In this document: positions 24,679 through 37,690 of the stretch, piece after piece
Position numbering within the stretch: the stretch's first letter is position 1
Layout of the letters: every line of letters starts with the position of its first letter
Program-made: the position numbers and the translations under genes
Assembly: GCF_001194135.2 (NCBI RefSeq)
Contig: NC_068982.1
Location: 24,682,822-24,725,400, forward strand
Direction of reading: 5' to 3'
Origin: Octopus bimaculoides
Taxonomy: Eukaryota
Length of the DNA: 42,579 nucleotides
The notes under the pieces: model-generated
Seen by the model: the letters and a program-made list of their open reading frames with translations, nothing else
Database searches by the model: none
Told to the model about the DNA's origin: nothing

Positions 24679-26053
24679 GTTTCTGCTCATATCCAGATTA
24701 TTTGATATAGAATTCCATAAGGTTACGATTCAAAGCCAAGAGAAATAATTTCCCAATTTCCCATCACGGTGGCACAAATAATTTATCCAGGGAATTGTGT
24801 TACATAATCTATTATCAGCTTATGATGTTTAAATGGAAGAGTATACTTGTGTATTGGACATTATATGCTATATATTTTATGTTCACATTAGAGAAATAAT
24901 TACACTTTCACGGGTATCTACCAAACTTCATAATGTCCATGAACAATTATATGAAATGAACGAGAGTCAACCATCTATATGTCATAAATTTTATGAACTA
25001 TCATACCTTGAATATTTCATAAAAACTTATTCTCCCCAAAAGTTGAGATGTATCTCATGGAATCAGAAATGCAGTTGTACGACGAAATATTTAGTGTGCT
25101 TTCAGTAAACCTATTTCGCCGTATATTTCATATAACAAACGCAGAGATTAGTATTTCGATTTTAGTTATAAAGATATTATATGTCCTGCATTCTCTCCTC
25201 AACTGAAGTGTAAATAAAACGTATCTTAGGCAACTGAAGTTGGTGAAAAATCTATCCGAATGATACTAATTACAGACCTGTCGGTTTCTTTCAGCGAAAA
25301 CAAAAGAAGTATTTAGCGAAAAGAACTACTCTTCATGAATACAAAATAATTATAACTTTGAGACATTTGAACTCACAGAGTAGATGGACGAAAAAATACA
25401 CAAAAAGAACTATTCTATCTGACGCTCTAAAATCTTGTAACAAATACGATATATATTTTAAATAGACACGTATATAGAAATCCATCGAGAGAATGTCAAC
25501 CTTTTATATTTTAATACTATTATATATATTAGCACCTAATTTATATCTTTTTAGTCTTGTTTGAAATAGACGTGATGACTCCAGGAACAAGCAAACACAT
25601 TACAACATAATTATGAACAGAAAATCTATGTACTTCTAACGTCTTTTTTAGTTTTTATCAAAGGTACCGACGAGTATATTTTGGCAACTCTGATTTCTAT
25701 TACGCATATCACTGTCCTTTTGTACGAAACAAATTCTATAGCAACATGAGTAACAAAAACTATAATCAATTTTAACATCTAACCTCTTCCATTTACATAT
25801 ATATGAATGAATTTGTTGAACTGTGTTTAAGAATTTATATCATATACCGGGTATTTCTATATAAGTTTTCATATCTACACTAATTTACACTAGTAAATAC
25901 AAAAGTAATGCATGAAGAAACACCGTTAGAAATCTTTGGAAATTACTCTAATTTCCTTTTAAATCGGGATAAACAATCGTCTATGTACTATGCTGAATAC
26001 ATGGAGTGTTCGTCGGGTATGTTTATTTTTGTTTATTTTTGTGTCTTGACCAT

Positions 26054-26115
26054 ACGTGTACTGATGAGTAAAAGATGCAGATTACTGTGTTGATTATGAA
26101 ACCATGGTTTACCGT
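26054..26115 (+). ncRNA. Minimal type I hammerhead ribozyme (second family)
   Basis: CTGATGA (26061-67); stem II G-TAA aa GATGCAG atta CTGTGTT ga TTA-T; GAAA; palindromic stem III ACCATGGT; triplet GTT ending at 26109; bulged stem I acg-t-gta/tac-cgt. Confidence 0.7.
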
Positions 26116-27424
26116 TAAATTTTTAGGAGGTTAGTTTTGAGAGTTGCATTGCATCGCGATCGGTAAAATTATGTTTATTATAGTAGTTTAACTTCTGGAG
26201 TCCCTCTTAGCGTGAGGCGTCATTGTATAGTAATGCCCTTATATAAATTATATATATATATATATGTCGTGAGCATTCAGTCTTCAAGCTAAGCTACTGG
26301 CTACTGTATGAAATAATCTTTCTTCAATTCCTTCTTAACGTACGGAGAAATGTTGACATTAATATTCCCATTGGTGATATACATGCAATATAAACAATAT
26401 ATATATTTTAGTATGTATCATTGAGTTAACGACTCAGTCGTCGTAATGGGAGTGCATTCGGTTACAATGTATTGTGTTTCCTGTGGAAGATGTATTCGAC
26501 ATTGTTATCATCCTTCGTATCAAGTTTCTTTTCTTTTAGTGCAAGTGAGTTGTAAGCTGATGATCTGAGAATCTGATCCATATAAAATTAAGAACAAATA
26601 TTTTCCAGAATGCTTTTATTGGTCACACGTCTCGGCTATAAGAATCAGAAATATTACAATGCATTTCATCTCTGGCTTCTTGGTTTTGCAAAGATCTTTA
26701 TCATTGCAACATTACTTGTGCAATATTTTTTCATGCAATAACAGTTTAGTTTTCCTAAGCTAAACAATCTAAATAATAGAGGAAATGGAAGCTTCACTAT
26801 TTACGAAGAACGTGCTTTTATCGTAATATTACAATTCTGGACAATATGTAACTTTTACAAATAGCATTTTATGTTAAGTTGAGTTTGCGTTTTCTGTCTC
26901 CTGATTCAAGTAGCAATGTAAAAAGCAACGAGGCATAGTTTGAATGCACGTAGTTGATATTTTAATGGAATGAGTCACATGGACTACACATTATTTTCAC
27001 GCATCCGGTAAGTGGTAATGTTTGGAGACGTTCGAATTTAACATATGACATAATTACCGGAAATTCTGCCGATTATGGAATGCATATTCGACAGAGGTAC
27101 TGGGATTGGTCTTATATATAACAATGAAATAACTTGAAGACTGTTTATGAAATAAACTAGTAAGATTGTTGATGCACCATGAAGGATTGTAGTGCTCCGA
27201 TAACCTCTCTCACTAGTCTTTTTGCAAATGCTCTTCGTCAATCCATAGATATGCTGCATTCTACATTCAAACATGCACACACTCACACATACACACACAT
27301 ACAAACACATATACGTATATTAAAAAAAAAGAAGAAAATAGTCAGAATTTGAATAAATACTCCATACTGAGAACAGTCATCTCCTTCAGGGATTCGACAT
27401 AAATTGTGAGCTGTTGAGTTTGTT

Positions 27425-27495
27425 TGCCTTTTACTCTTTTAGTCTTTTACTCGTTTCAGCCATGCCTCTGTGGTCATGGTGGGGCATCACCATGA
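27425..27495 (-). mobile_element. Diverged SINE fragment (family of 4900-5161)
   Basis: tcttttactcgtttcagccatg...gtcatggtggggcatcacc resembles tcttttacttgtttcagtcatttgactgcagccatgctggagcaccgcc. Confidence 0.5.
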
Positions 27496-27944
27496 TATAT
27501 ATGTATCTAATTGAGTTGGTTAAAAATGTCATCAGTTCAATTTTTTCTTGAGGTTTGGTAAAAGTATGCTTGGGAAGGTTTTTTGAGATGTTCTTTCTCA
27601 TTTTGAATATTTATATGTGTATGCATAAGTATACGTGAAATTTTTGAGGCTTGGTGTGAGAAGGAAGGAAAAAATAAAGAGTTGTTTTCTGAGATAGATG
27701 TTTCCATGACAGATCAAAAGAGGTCTCTTTATATTAACTGCAATAAAAATTTGCTTTTAGTTGTAAAATGGCTGACAGGGATTTCAGTCTGTTGTTGAGT
27801 GGCTGCTTATTAAAGCATGGGACAAGGCAAATAGATGTTTTTAGCTATAGATTTTGTGAAATTGTTTCTGAAGGCTTTTAAATATTTGTGTGTGGATTGT
27901 TTTAAGATTTCATTTTACAGTAATTTTAGTGACAGTAATAATAA

Positions 27945-28290
27945 CATCCTAATCGGGCCGAATTGCAAAGAAAATTATATCGGTGAAACTGGAAACCCCT
28001 TTTGTCAACATGCATGAAATCCTAGGCAGCATATAATGCAAGCTGAATTACATAAGATACAAACATCGAGAAATATGCAGAAAAACAGATTGAAGATCAT
28101 TCTATAAATGTTAAGCGAATAATTCAAAATACTGACAGCGAAAACATCAAATAACCTATTACAACACTTCCTTTTCCGAAAACCAACAGCACGGTAGACA
28201 TATCTAAAGAGAAAGCGTTATCAACCGCTAACACTACATGGCGAATACCATAGCGGATGAAAGTGCTCAATAAACATCATTTATCCAAAT
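27945..28290 (+). mobile_element. Penelope GIY-YIG endonuclease remnant plus 3' sequence
   Basis: ILIGPNCKENYIGETGNPF...RQHIMQAELHKI resembles PLE CxxCxxxYIGETG...xQHI; internal stop present. Confidence 0.7.
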
Positions 28291-29459
28291 TCCCACAACT
28301 TATATTTTTCATTAATTTATGAAATGTGAACACCAATACAAGCAATGTATACACACATAGACAGACAGACAGACACACCCACACATATGTATACATACAG
28401 AGAGTGAGAGAGAGAAAGAGAGAGAGATTCAGCAGTGAAAGTTTGTATGTCTCATATGCATCTATGTATGTAAACAAGACAATCGAAGATAGAAAATTAG
28501 GTGATGGGTGTGTATGCATATTTGAAGGTCATTACTCATTGTTCGGCAGCACATCCAAACTATTAACTATCCAATAGCACATTGATTAAATATCAACTAT
28601 GCTTAGCAATGTAACACTGCCAGGTAGACGAATTTACATATTAAGCCCATTCCTGGTGTCTGGTACCTATACATTAATTGCTGGTAAGTACATTGTATTT
28701 CATTGTGAAACCATAATATACTACCAAGAATATTATAGGCTTATAATTCAATACTTTATGCTGTTTGTTTTGACAGTGTGATACATTCAGTAATCTCATC
28801 AAATTTTCTCGAAATATTTAAATAAATTAAACGAAATAGTTTCAAATATTTTGAACGAAAATGATTACAAAATTAATGAAGCAAAACTGAAGATCATAAA
28901 CAGAAAACATTATTTGAATATAATTTTCCAATAATTAAACGAAACTGAATTCGAGTAAATTTATCGGAAAGGTGAGCGTTCATTATCAAAAGAAAAATAC
29001 ACAAGGTTGCAGCTGTCGTCTGCTCGGGCAACCTGAGGAAATAAACCATTGCTAAGTGGTTGCAGTGATCAGCTCACATGCCCAAGATTATAAAAAGGAG
29101 CAATATCTCAGTTCTAGAGCATTGGTTTCTGTCTATCTGTCCGTCTCATTCTTTCTCTTTCTCCTTCACTCTCTCGCCCTTCCCGTTCTCTCTCTTTCTC
29201 CCGCCCCCTCTCTCTCCCTTTCCCTTATTAATTTTCCTAAGGTAGTGTATATTCTTTGTGAAAGAAGTAGATTTACTCTGTTTTTTTTTTAATATTTAAA
29301 AGTGTTTAAATATGAAGAGTATCTTTGTTTAATATAAGTATTGGTAGTGGGAATAAATCTTCGCCTAGTAGTTATTCCGACACTCTTTTAAATATGGAAA
29401 ACATAACAACTCTATTTCTCTCTTTCAAACTATATAGACTATATATATATATACAGTAT

Positions 29460-30130
29460 CATAGCTTGGTTCATCATTGACTCAAAACCTCCATACCAAC
29501 ATCAGTATGCCCTTGTTGGCTGTGTTAATGGCATTTTTAAAAATCCTGCTTATGTCCTTGCACAATTGTTAAACCAGAAGCATGAAGACCCTTCTAAGTG
29601 TGTCACCAATATTTTTTCGTCATTCAATTTTTACCACAGGTCTAATTGTAATTCGGAGCAAGAATACACCTTCATTAACATTACAAAATCTTTAGCTTTA
29701 ACATTAAGGGCATTTATTTCTAACACCACTATAACCAGGTGAGCCCTAATTCTCCTCTCACTTCAAGAAGTATCAAACTCCCTTTAGCTTTAGATCTTCA
29801 TTATCTTTTACAACCGCTTTATTACCATCACAGTCTCTTCCTCCCAAATGTGCCAACTCTGGGCAGCGTTGGTGGTCACCTAAAGGATGACACTATCAGA
29901 CATGTTCTGTTCTTCATCCCTTTATCTACCTGTCTATATATATGCACCCCAACCTCTTTCGACAAGTATATCCCCATTATACTAACTAGTATATATCTAC
30001 TCTACATCCACTTTTCAGTTTTTCCTCCGTACTGTAGTATAATATTCCTATTCAACCTTCATTCAATCTCGATTCAAAAGTGGAACTGGTAACTTCCTCT
30101 ATCCTTTGCCTTGGATTATCATTGAATATC
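29460..30130 (-). mobile_element. Highly decayed RTE-like LINE 3' region
   Basis: Minus-strand purine-rich tract with remnants resembling YLGD...(R)WYG motifs; no intact frame. Confidence 0.4.
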
Positions 30131-30867
30131 ATCTGCAACTGCTGATGGGCATTGCCTATGATTGTTATTATTCATTAGGTCATGGGACTACGTAGTAGAT
30201 ACCTATTTTAATCTAACCCTTCCCCATTTATAACAAGTTGGAACGTACTAATATCCTCGACAGAGGATAGTCCCTCATTTTTACATCTCTTGGACTTCTT
30301 CCGCTCTGTTGACGGTATACTCAGCATATGGAATTCTAACTGAATATGATGAATCTCAACATCACACTTTCAATTTTTCATGCATACATACATACATACA
30401 TGCATGCATGTATGTGTGTGTGTATGCATATACATATGAGGAAGAGAAAGGCAGATAAGTAGACGTAGGCTTAAATCACGTATTTTGAGTATTTGCATCG
30501 GATACAGAATACAGAATAAAGAAAAAACATTATACGAAGCCTTTACATAACTCGTTTTTGGTTTCTTTGTCCCAGAATCTCAACATTCCATTCTATGTAA
30601 ATACTTTAAGCGTACTTGAGCCTATTTGCTTTTCTACATAATATTATGGTAAGTATAGTTCTTATGGCCAGCATTTCATGTTGGAGTGCTTGCCGTGGCT
30701 GAAGAGACTGGAGTTTAAGTTCTCATCCAATTTTGCATTACTTTGTGATATCTATACCGAATTTGAATCTGCATTTTGGCCGCGTTCATATATATATATA
30801 TATATATATATTTAGAGTGGATATTTCTGAAAGTTTTTGTATGTAATGTGCGAATGTTCATCTGTGT

Positions 30868-30871
30868 CTGT

Positions 30872-30960
<89 letters not shown>
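30868..30960. repeat. (GT)n(GA)n compound microsatellite
   Basis: Direct. Confidence 0.95.
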
Positions 30961-30962
<2 letters not shown>

Positions 30963-32369
30963 AGAGAGTTTGTGTATGTATAATAATTAAGAGGAGTGAG
31001 AAATATGTCTATAGATGGACATTTAATGTATATTACCAATAAATGTTCGTAAGTTAAAAATATAAATGATAACGTTCTTCAGGTCGCTATCGTATTATTA
31101 ACGTCATCTCAAAAATACTTGATCAAATAGAGTAAAATATAAAGCAAGAGTGAAAATATAAAAACCTTGTTATGAAATATTAATAGGGAAACTTAATTGA
31201 TTGCCATCATTTCTTTATTGCAGTTCTTTTATTTGATCTGACTCTTACTTCCTGAACAGTGTCGACGTGTCTCCGATGAGACCGCTAATTATGTTGTATG
31301 TATTCGAGGGAAGTAAATACCGTTGAAGTTGGATTGCATAATATTCACATAGCTCTATATGTGTCTGGTTGCAGTAAGTCCATAATAATGTCAAAACTGT
31401 CTCATGAATTACATTATGAATAATTTAAGTTTGTCGATAATAGCTTATGCAGCGCAGCACGAAACTTTCTAGCATAAGAGTATTTATCTGACGCTGTAGG
31501 ATACATGATAAGTTGATTTGTTCCCATTTGACATTTTCCAGATAAAACTTCTAAAGCATTTACATAAAAATACACGCAGACATTTATATATGTTTAACAA
31601 TAGCAATCGCCTCTTCTAATCTTATTTATTTAGAGATACATCTATTTAGATATTATACATCATTGAATATAACGATTTCATTATACATACTACGTGCATA
31701 TATAGTTGCTTCTATCCTCCAGAAAATATCATGATTAATGTTTTGGCTCTTTATAAGCACCGGTGTGTTTTAGTTACAAAAAGCAACAGAATGTGAATAT
31801 TCAAAATGTATTAATTAAAAAAAAAAACGTGTTTGTTTTCATTGGCATAATTGTCATAGTATTACGCTCCGGTATTAAACTTATTCATTCTGTAGTGTAA
31901 TACCACCACTCATGTATTTTCATACATTCAGTATAGACACTAACTTATATGTAGCTATGGACTGAAGTTTATAAAACTGAGGTTAATCTATTTCAGTTTG
32001 TTTCGTATGTTCACAGTCGTCTGGCTCGTTTCGCCTCTGTCCTCGTCCGTCCTCTAATTTGAATCAGATTTATAGCACATTTTTATGTTAACATTCTATA
32101 TCGCATAGTTGTTTATTTCTTGTATGTCTGTTCATTTTCTGTCCTTATGTTTTGTTTTTTTCTTTTGGCACGCTAAATCTCGTCGGTGCAGCTAGATAAG
32201 TATTCAATATTACCGTTAATGCGTGAAATTGCGTTTGTCCCTCTGGTTGATAAATGACGAGAGGTTGGCTATCATCTGTGTCTGTCTTTTGTTTGTTTGT
32301 GCATTTATGTTTAACTTATTACTTAATGCGAACGCTACGTACTACCATATTTTTTTGTTTACGGATAAG

Positions 32370-32379
32370 TATATATATA

Positions 32380-32415
<36 letters not shown>

Positions 32416-32434
32416 TGTGTGTGTGTATGTGTGT

Positions 32435-32471
<37 letters not shown>

Positions 32472-32472
32472 T
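32370..32472. repeat. (GT)n microsatellite
   Basis: Direct. Confidence 0.95.
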
Positions 32473-34167
32473 GTGCGATCAATGATACTCCGACGTCTCT
32501 GTCAAATCGTTTGCCCTTCATTTAAAGCTTTTCAATTTCCATGTTTTTTACAGGATATGTTATATGAAAAATTTCACTGGATGTGCAAGTACTTTGAGAG
32601 TTTACAGCCGATGACAAATGATTTTGTATGAAGATTTTTTTTTTTTTTTTACAGAGAGAAGGTAGATAAGCAGATAAGCAGATTATTCTACCAAACTGAA
32701 AAAGTAAAATTTCTTTAATGCTAATTCAAAAGTTTTTTTTTTTTTATTTAAACAATTTTTTCGGTTGTTCAACAAGCTGAAAAGGCTAGCAGATTTGAAA
32801 AGTTCTTGAGCAAAGCAGATTTTTCTTTTTCCTGCCAGTATGACGAAGCAACGAGAAAATGGATTATTTGACAAGAAATGGAACTTTGAATCAATTGTAT
32901 ATTGAACCTTTTTGTGAAATATACAAATTGTGAAGGAGACAATTGTCAACTTGACGGAAACAGATAAGATCAAAGACCAGACGCAGTGACTACATCACTT
33001 TGTATATGAAACAAAGTACATAAAGAGAAAGTAAAATATATATATAAAGAACATCTATAAGAAATTGCTAGAAAATGCGTTCAAAAGCGCACATTGTTAG
33101 CTAATGAATACTAATAATATTGATGAACGACATGTGATAAAAGGATTCTGCCTGAAGTCGCAGTTGCTACAACCAAAAGATACACCTATCGTAAATATAA
33201 GATTTGAAATAGTGGTGCGAATATTTTGTAAAGTAAGGCCTACAATGTATGGAAACAATGAGGAATATGCAAGGGCGGAATGTTCCACATCAATATATAC
33301 AAAGTAGCGTTAATAAAACAATATATGATCTAAAATGCCGTATAATTCGATAACCTTGCTGTCAATATATTAATATATTTTAGTGATTTTGTATTTTTTC
33401 TCTTTCTTTAAAAAATGTTTCATGCAATATAAGTGGAAAAATGACTGCCCATACTAAGTATTTACCGACTCGTCTTTTTCTTTAGGCTTCTTTTTATTAT
33501 CAGCTTCGTGTCAGTTCATGAAAATATAAATTGTATTTTCATTGTATATTATTTACATCACCTTAGTATGTAATGCGCTACGATATACTATGAACACAAC
33601 TAAATCTTAGAGGAAACATATGATATAGAATAATATGTAATAATTTAAAAATTTAAACTATGTTTTAACCAAATTGACAATATCTTGAGTTTGTATATTT
33701 AACAAATAAATACAGAATAAACAATATAACCAGTCATATTTATATTGTCGACGAAAGAAATCAGACTTTTAGATCAAAAAACATCAGTTGTAAATGTTTA
33801 TACAAACGTTACTGATTTTAAATATGTTATCTCGGTAAAAGATGTGTATATTGCTATCTGGACAAGACCAATAGCCATCTACTGAACAGCAATGTCTGAA
33901 ATCTTTTATTTTGACTGCAAGCATAATGGTTGATACGCAGGTGGTACGTTTATATTTGTATAAATGAGATTTTGGGAAATCTTTGAATGATAATTTTTGC
34001 ACAAACGAGCTTAACACTTCTTCTGTCGTGAAGTTTGTAAGAGTGTAAGGTAGAACGTTCCTTAGCTAAAGCTTAACTTTAATAGGGAAAGTATATATTT
34101 ACGAAAAATGAGATTTTCATAAGGCCAATATTACTATCACCAACACCAACTACAGCAACAACACCAA

Positions 34168-34208
34168 GAATAATAATAATGCTAATGATAATAATAATAA
34201 TAATAATA

Positions 34209-34250
<42 letters not shown>
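34168..34250. repeat. (AAT)n microsatellite
   Basis: Direct; abuts the R4/Dong fragment. Confidence 0.95.
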
Positions 34251-34251
<1 letters not shown>

Positions 34252-34565
34252 GAATATAAGAGACGTCATGACAACATAGCAAGGATTTTTCACCGGACAC
34301 TTTGCAACAAGTATGGACTTGACAAAACAAAACAGTGGTACGAACATAAACCTGAAGGCATCATAGAAAATGATAATGCAAAGATAGTATGGGATTTTAT
34401 GATTCAGTGTGACCATGAGTGAGAATAGGAAACCAGATATAGTGTTAATTAAGAAAGAAAGCAAACGATGCTGCATCATAGATATAGCATGCCCAGCTTA
34501 CAACAAGGTATATGATAAGGAAGAAAGAAAAGTCAATAGACATGACAGGTTAGCTTGGGAGGTTT
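34250..34565 (+). mobile_element. R4/Dong-type LINE fragment (restriction-like endonuclease)
   Basis: YKRRHDNIAR...WYEHKPEGIIENDNAKIVWDFMIQCDH...RKPDIVLIKKESKRCCIIDIACP...KEERKV. Confidence 0.9.
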
Positions 34566-34569
34566 TACG

Positions 34570-36830
34570 ATTTTACGATTTTGGTGCCGATTTCGATAGG
34601 TGTCTGCAACAGAATGCCGTATAATCTGGCATATACAAGTAAGGCGAGTATGGCAGATTAGCCACACCAGGTGATTTGCTGTACGTACATAAAACTCTCG
34701 CATATCCAGCATTGCGGTGGTTCTTATAGGTTTCTCAGAACACTGCACCTCTCTAGTCAGTTGTCGTGTCTGGTGTTCGAGGAAGGCATTGAAATCTTTT
34801 CTTAGATCTGCCATGCACTATTTCCAAACAATTGAGAAAAATGATTTTGAAAGACTATATAGTCCATCTTAGACGAACAAAATCGAAGTGTGGCTCATTT
34901 CACATTACAATACTGCCACATGGTGCAATCAAACAACTATCCTTCTTTCTGATGTTGCTTGCGCATCAGCTCTGGAAAAACAGCCATCGTGCTTCGTGCT
35001 AAAGAACTGGAATGGGACCAATTTGGTCACAACGTTATTTACGAAATATTCATAAACGCCTTCTCTTACTAGCTGTTTTTCTTGTATAGCTTTCTTTTGC
35101 TAGCCACTTAGGCAGTTGGAAATATATGAGCTACTTTCTGCTACTTTGCACACCAGTCTCACGAATAACCCACATTAATTCAGAGTGTATTTAAAATGCC
35201 CTTGTTATCACCCGCTAGCACAACAAACTGAGATATTCTAAGGGAAGTTTCTAGGCATCTAAAGAAATGGGACCACTCCATTACTACTGACTTACTTTCT
35301 GAGTCCACGATAATAGTCTATATCACAAAATCCATGCCTTCCGAAATAACACGTCTCCGCCTCCCGATTCAGGTTAATCTGGTGATAGTTAGGAAATTCT
35401 GGTCAGGCTGATGCCGACATATCAATATCTAATGATGTGAGTTTGCTGAAGAAGTGGCCTTTCTTCTAAGGAAAACCTATAATGACACTGTCTATTCTGA
35501 TTAAGGCCTTGCCGTTTGAATGACACAAGTTAGAAAACTTATGCGTCCTCTTCCTGGGTAAGAACTGCCTATCAGTTACTTTCAGTTAGTTCTGGGTGTT
35601 TGTACGGGTAAGTTGTTTTCCGAAAATCCTTTTGTTTATGATAAATCATTTCAATGTAAAACATTGCGCATAATGTTTATGATAGTTCTCAATACCTTCC
35701 AACAGATATGGACCTTAATATGTTAATCACACTCGATTCTTTGATGTAAAAGGAATTTGAGAAAACAGTTTCGATATGACTGTGTCCCTTCTGTCAATGA
35801 TTCTAAACAATATTTATTACTGAATATACTTATCGCCTTTGTACTTCCATATCGGAAGGCACCTTCTCCATTTACAAGAATGCGTTGACAACATTCTCAA
35901 TCGTTTAGTAATTGTGCCTCTGCTTTTCTACAAATGTAGTTATTGTAGTTACTGTGCTGACTTTGTCTGATATCGTTGCTGTTGTTGAAAATGTTATAGT
36001 TCCCTTTGCTACTGCCCCCGCTGCTTTTCATGATGGTGTAGTTATTGTCGGTTGTGCTGTTTCAACTTTCTATTCATTTGTCTTTGTCAGTGTTGTATTT
36101 CTGTGATTAGTTTTACATTCCACTTGTTCATTTTGCAACCATTGCATAAGATTTTGTTGTTGCTAATGAGGTGCTAGCGGAGAATTTGTGTGGTCATTCA
36201 TTGTTTTGTTTTTTTTCTTGATGGCCTCAGATATTTATGCTTGGGAGTTCATCCTTTTGTTAATGTTCTTCTACACTCCTTTTATTTACCGACCCTTCCA
36301 CACTCTGATAAATTCGGGACGCTATCTGGACTTCTCTTTCATCTTGCTTATTCGAAGTATCGGAGGTTATATAGGTTAGTCTATCGTCCTGGCGTTTGTT
36401 CATACTTTTGCTCCAGATAGTGACATTTCTATATAAGCTCTTTTGTGTAAGCGCTACATACAAGGTGGTTATAGTTAATGATTTCCGTTCTTGCCGTTTA
36501 TGGCAGCTGCTACTTCTGCCACTTTTGTGGTTGCAGCAAATTGAATTCTGCAAGCCTGTTAGCTATCATCCTCGCTCGTGTGGGAAACAAAGCTCTATGT
36601 GTTTTTTCAGATCATTTTTTTTTTGTTCTTTTTCATCTTAAATATAACACATGAAAATCCTTCGTATTACAAGCATTCAGGGTCCTACATACACTTCGAA
36701 CCAGAAATACTCCCAGATACCAAAAAGCATCAATTGTATGATTGATAGTATCTTCATAGAGAGCAATGTTCATTGAGAAGTGCAAGGTTGGTAACTCTAG
36801 GCAAATAACTATACCATTCTTCATTGTACG
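34570..36830 (-). mobile_element. Decayed L1/Tx1-like LINE (3' end near 34570; ORF1-like low-complexity region toward 36800)
   Basis: Minus ORF DLRKDFNAFLEHQTRQLTREVQCSEK resembles Tx1 C-termini; decayed CCHC-like segment; Thr-rich region 35910-36120; upstream boundary uncertain. Confidence 0.5.
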
Positions 36831-37669
36831 TGTTCGAAAATGAGTCTACGGATCAAAATACGGACGTCTACATCCTTAGGTATGTAGAGGTCAACATTCG
36901 AAGCTGTCTAGTCAAAACTACGCTGCGAAGAGTCACTCTATCTGTATATTTAACATGTCTCCCTGATGAATCTCCTCTGTGCATTCCCTAGAAGACATCC
37001 AGGAATTTACTCTTACTGAATATGAAGTAACATCTAATGATTAATATAAAAAATACAATGACCTATCATATCAACGCGTATTTGACTGATCAAAAATGTA
37101 AACTGTCAATCAATCCGATGGCAGACCTCTTTATAAGTCTGGGTATGAGTTGAATGTATTTTGCAAAGCTCAGATTCTGTTGATAACAGCTTGAAGAAAA
37201 AATATGTGACAACCTATCAAATTTAATGTGGTCTCTCTCGGGAACAATGGAGAATGACCCTTGTGAATATCTATACAAACCACAGAGTATGAAACTAAAA
37301 TATGTAAAAAGTCAACCGAGTATATGTTGTACTCACGACATAGAAGGACTCTAAAATAGATACATATATTGCACAACTTCGTGCAAAATTATATCTCCGA
37401 ATAAATTCCCAAGAGATTCAAATATTCTTAGTGTTGAACTTATCTCAGTGGAACCGTGAGCAATTGCATATCATTATTACTATGCAGGACAGTAAAGAGT
37501 AATGAGGTCTCGAAGTCGTCGAAACAGGTAGCAAAACTACGTTATGACGCGGAAGGTGTATTGCAACAATAATAGGCTCGGCAAAGCTATGACAGAAGGC
37601 AGAGACGAAGTGGATGAGAAGACGAGAAGAGAAAAAAAATATAAAGAACGAGAAAAATCCATTACTGCA

Positions 37670-37690
37670 GCTCTGATTGGAGTACGTGAC
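37670..37690. promoter_or_regulatory. Reverse CCAAT box (NF-Y-like) next to a TACGTGAC E-box/CRE-like site
   Basis: gctctgattgg is the reverse complement of CCAATCAGAGC; agtacgtgac follows, within a CpG-elevated island. Confidence 0.25.

Noticed and set aside
26446-26544. Assignment of the Cys motif to DPYD
   Set aside because: DPYD residues are highly conserved in animals, and here only the spacing, G and YQ match
26557-26563. CTGATGA at 26557, 36963, 40538 (+) and 27529-27535 (-)
   Set aside because: No properly placed stem II plus GAAA plus NUH and stem I; not hammerheads, although 36963 may be a very decayed one
27058-27260. Open minus-strand 203-nt segment with a CCG|gtaatt donor
   Set aside because: Weak acceptor within a (GT)-like tract, unrecognisable peptide, and competing short frames on the + strand
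29085-29120. TATAAAAAG followed by TCAGTT (TATA plus Inr)
   Set aside because: Spacing of ~21 nt is too short, and such motifs are common in AT-rich DNA
32760-34030. Several short protein-like frames at 32760-33310 and 33780-34030
   Set aside because: All are interrupted by stops, lack consistent splice phases and have no recognisable motif
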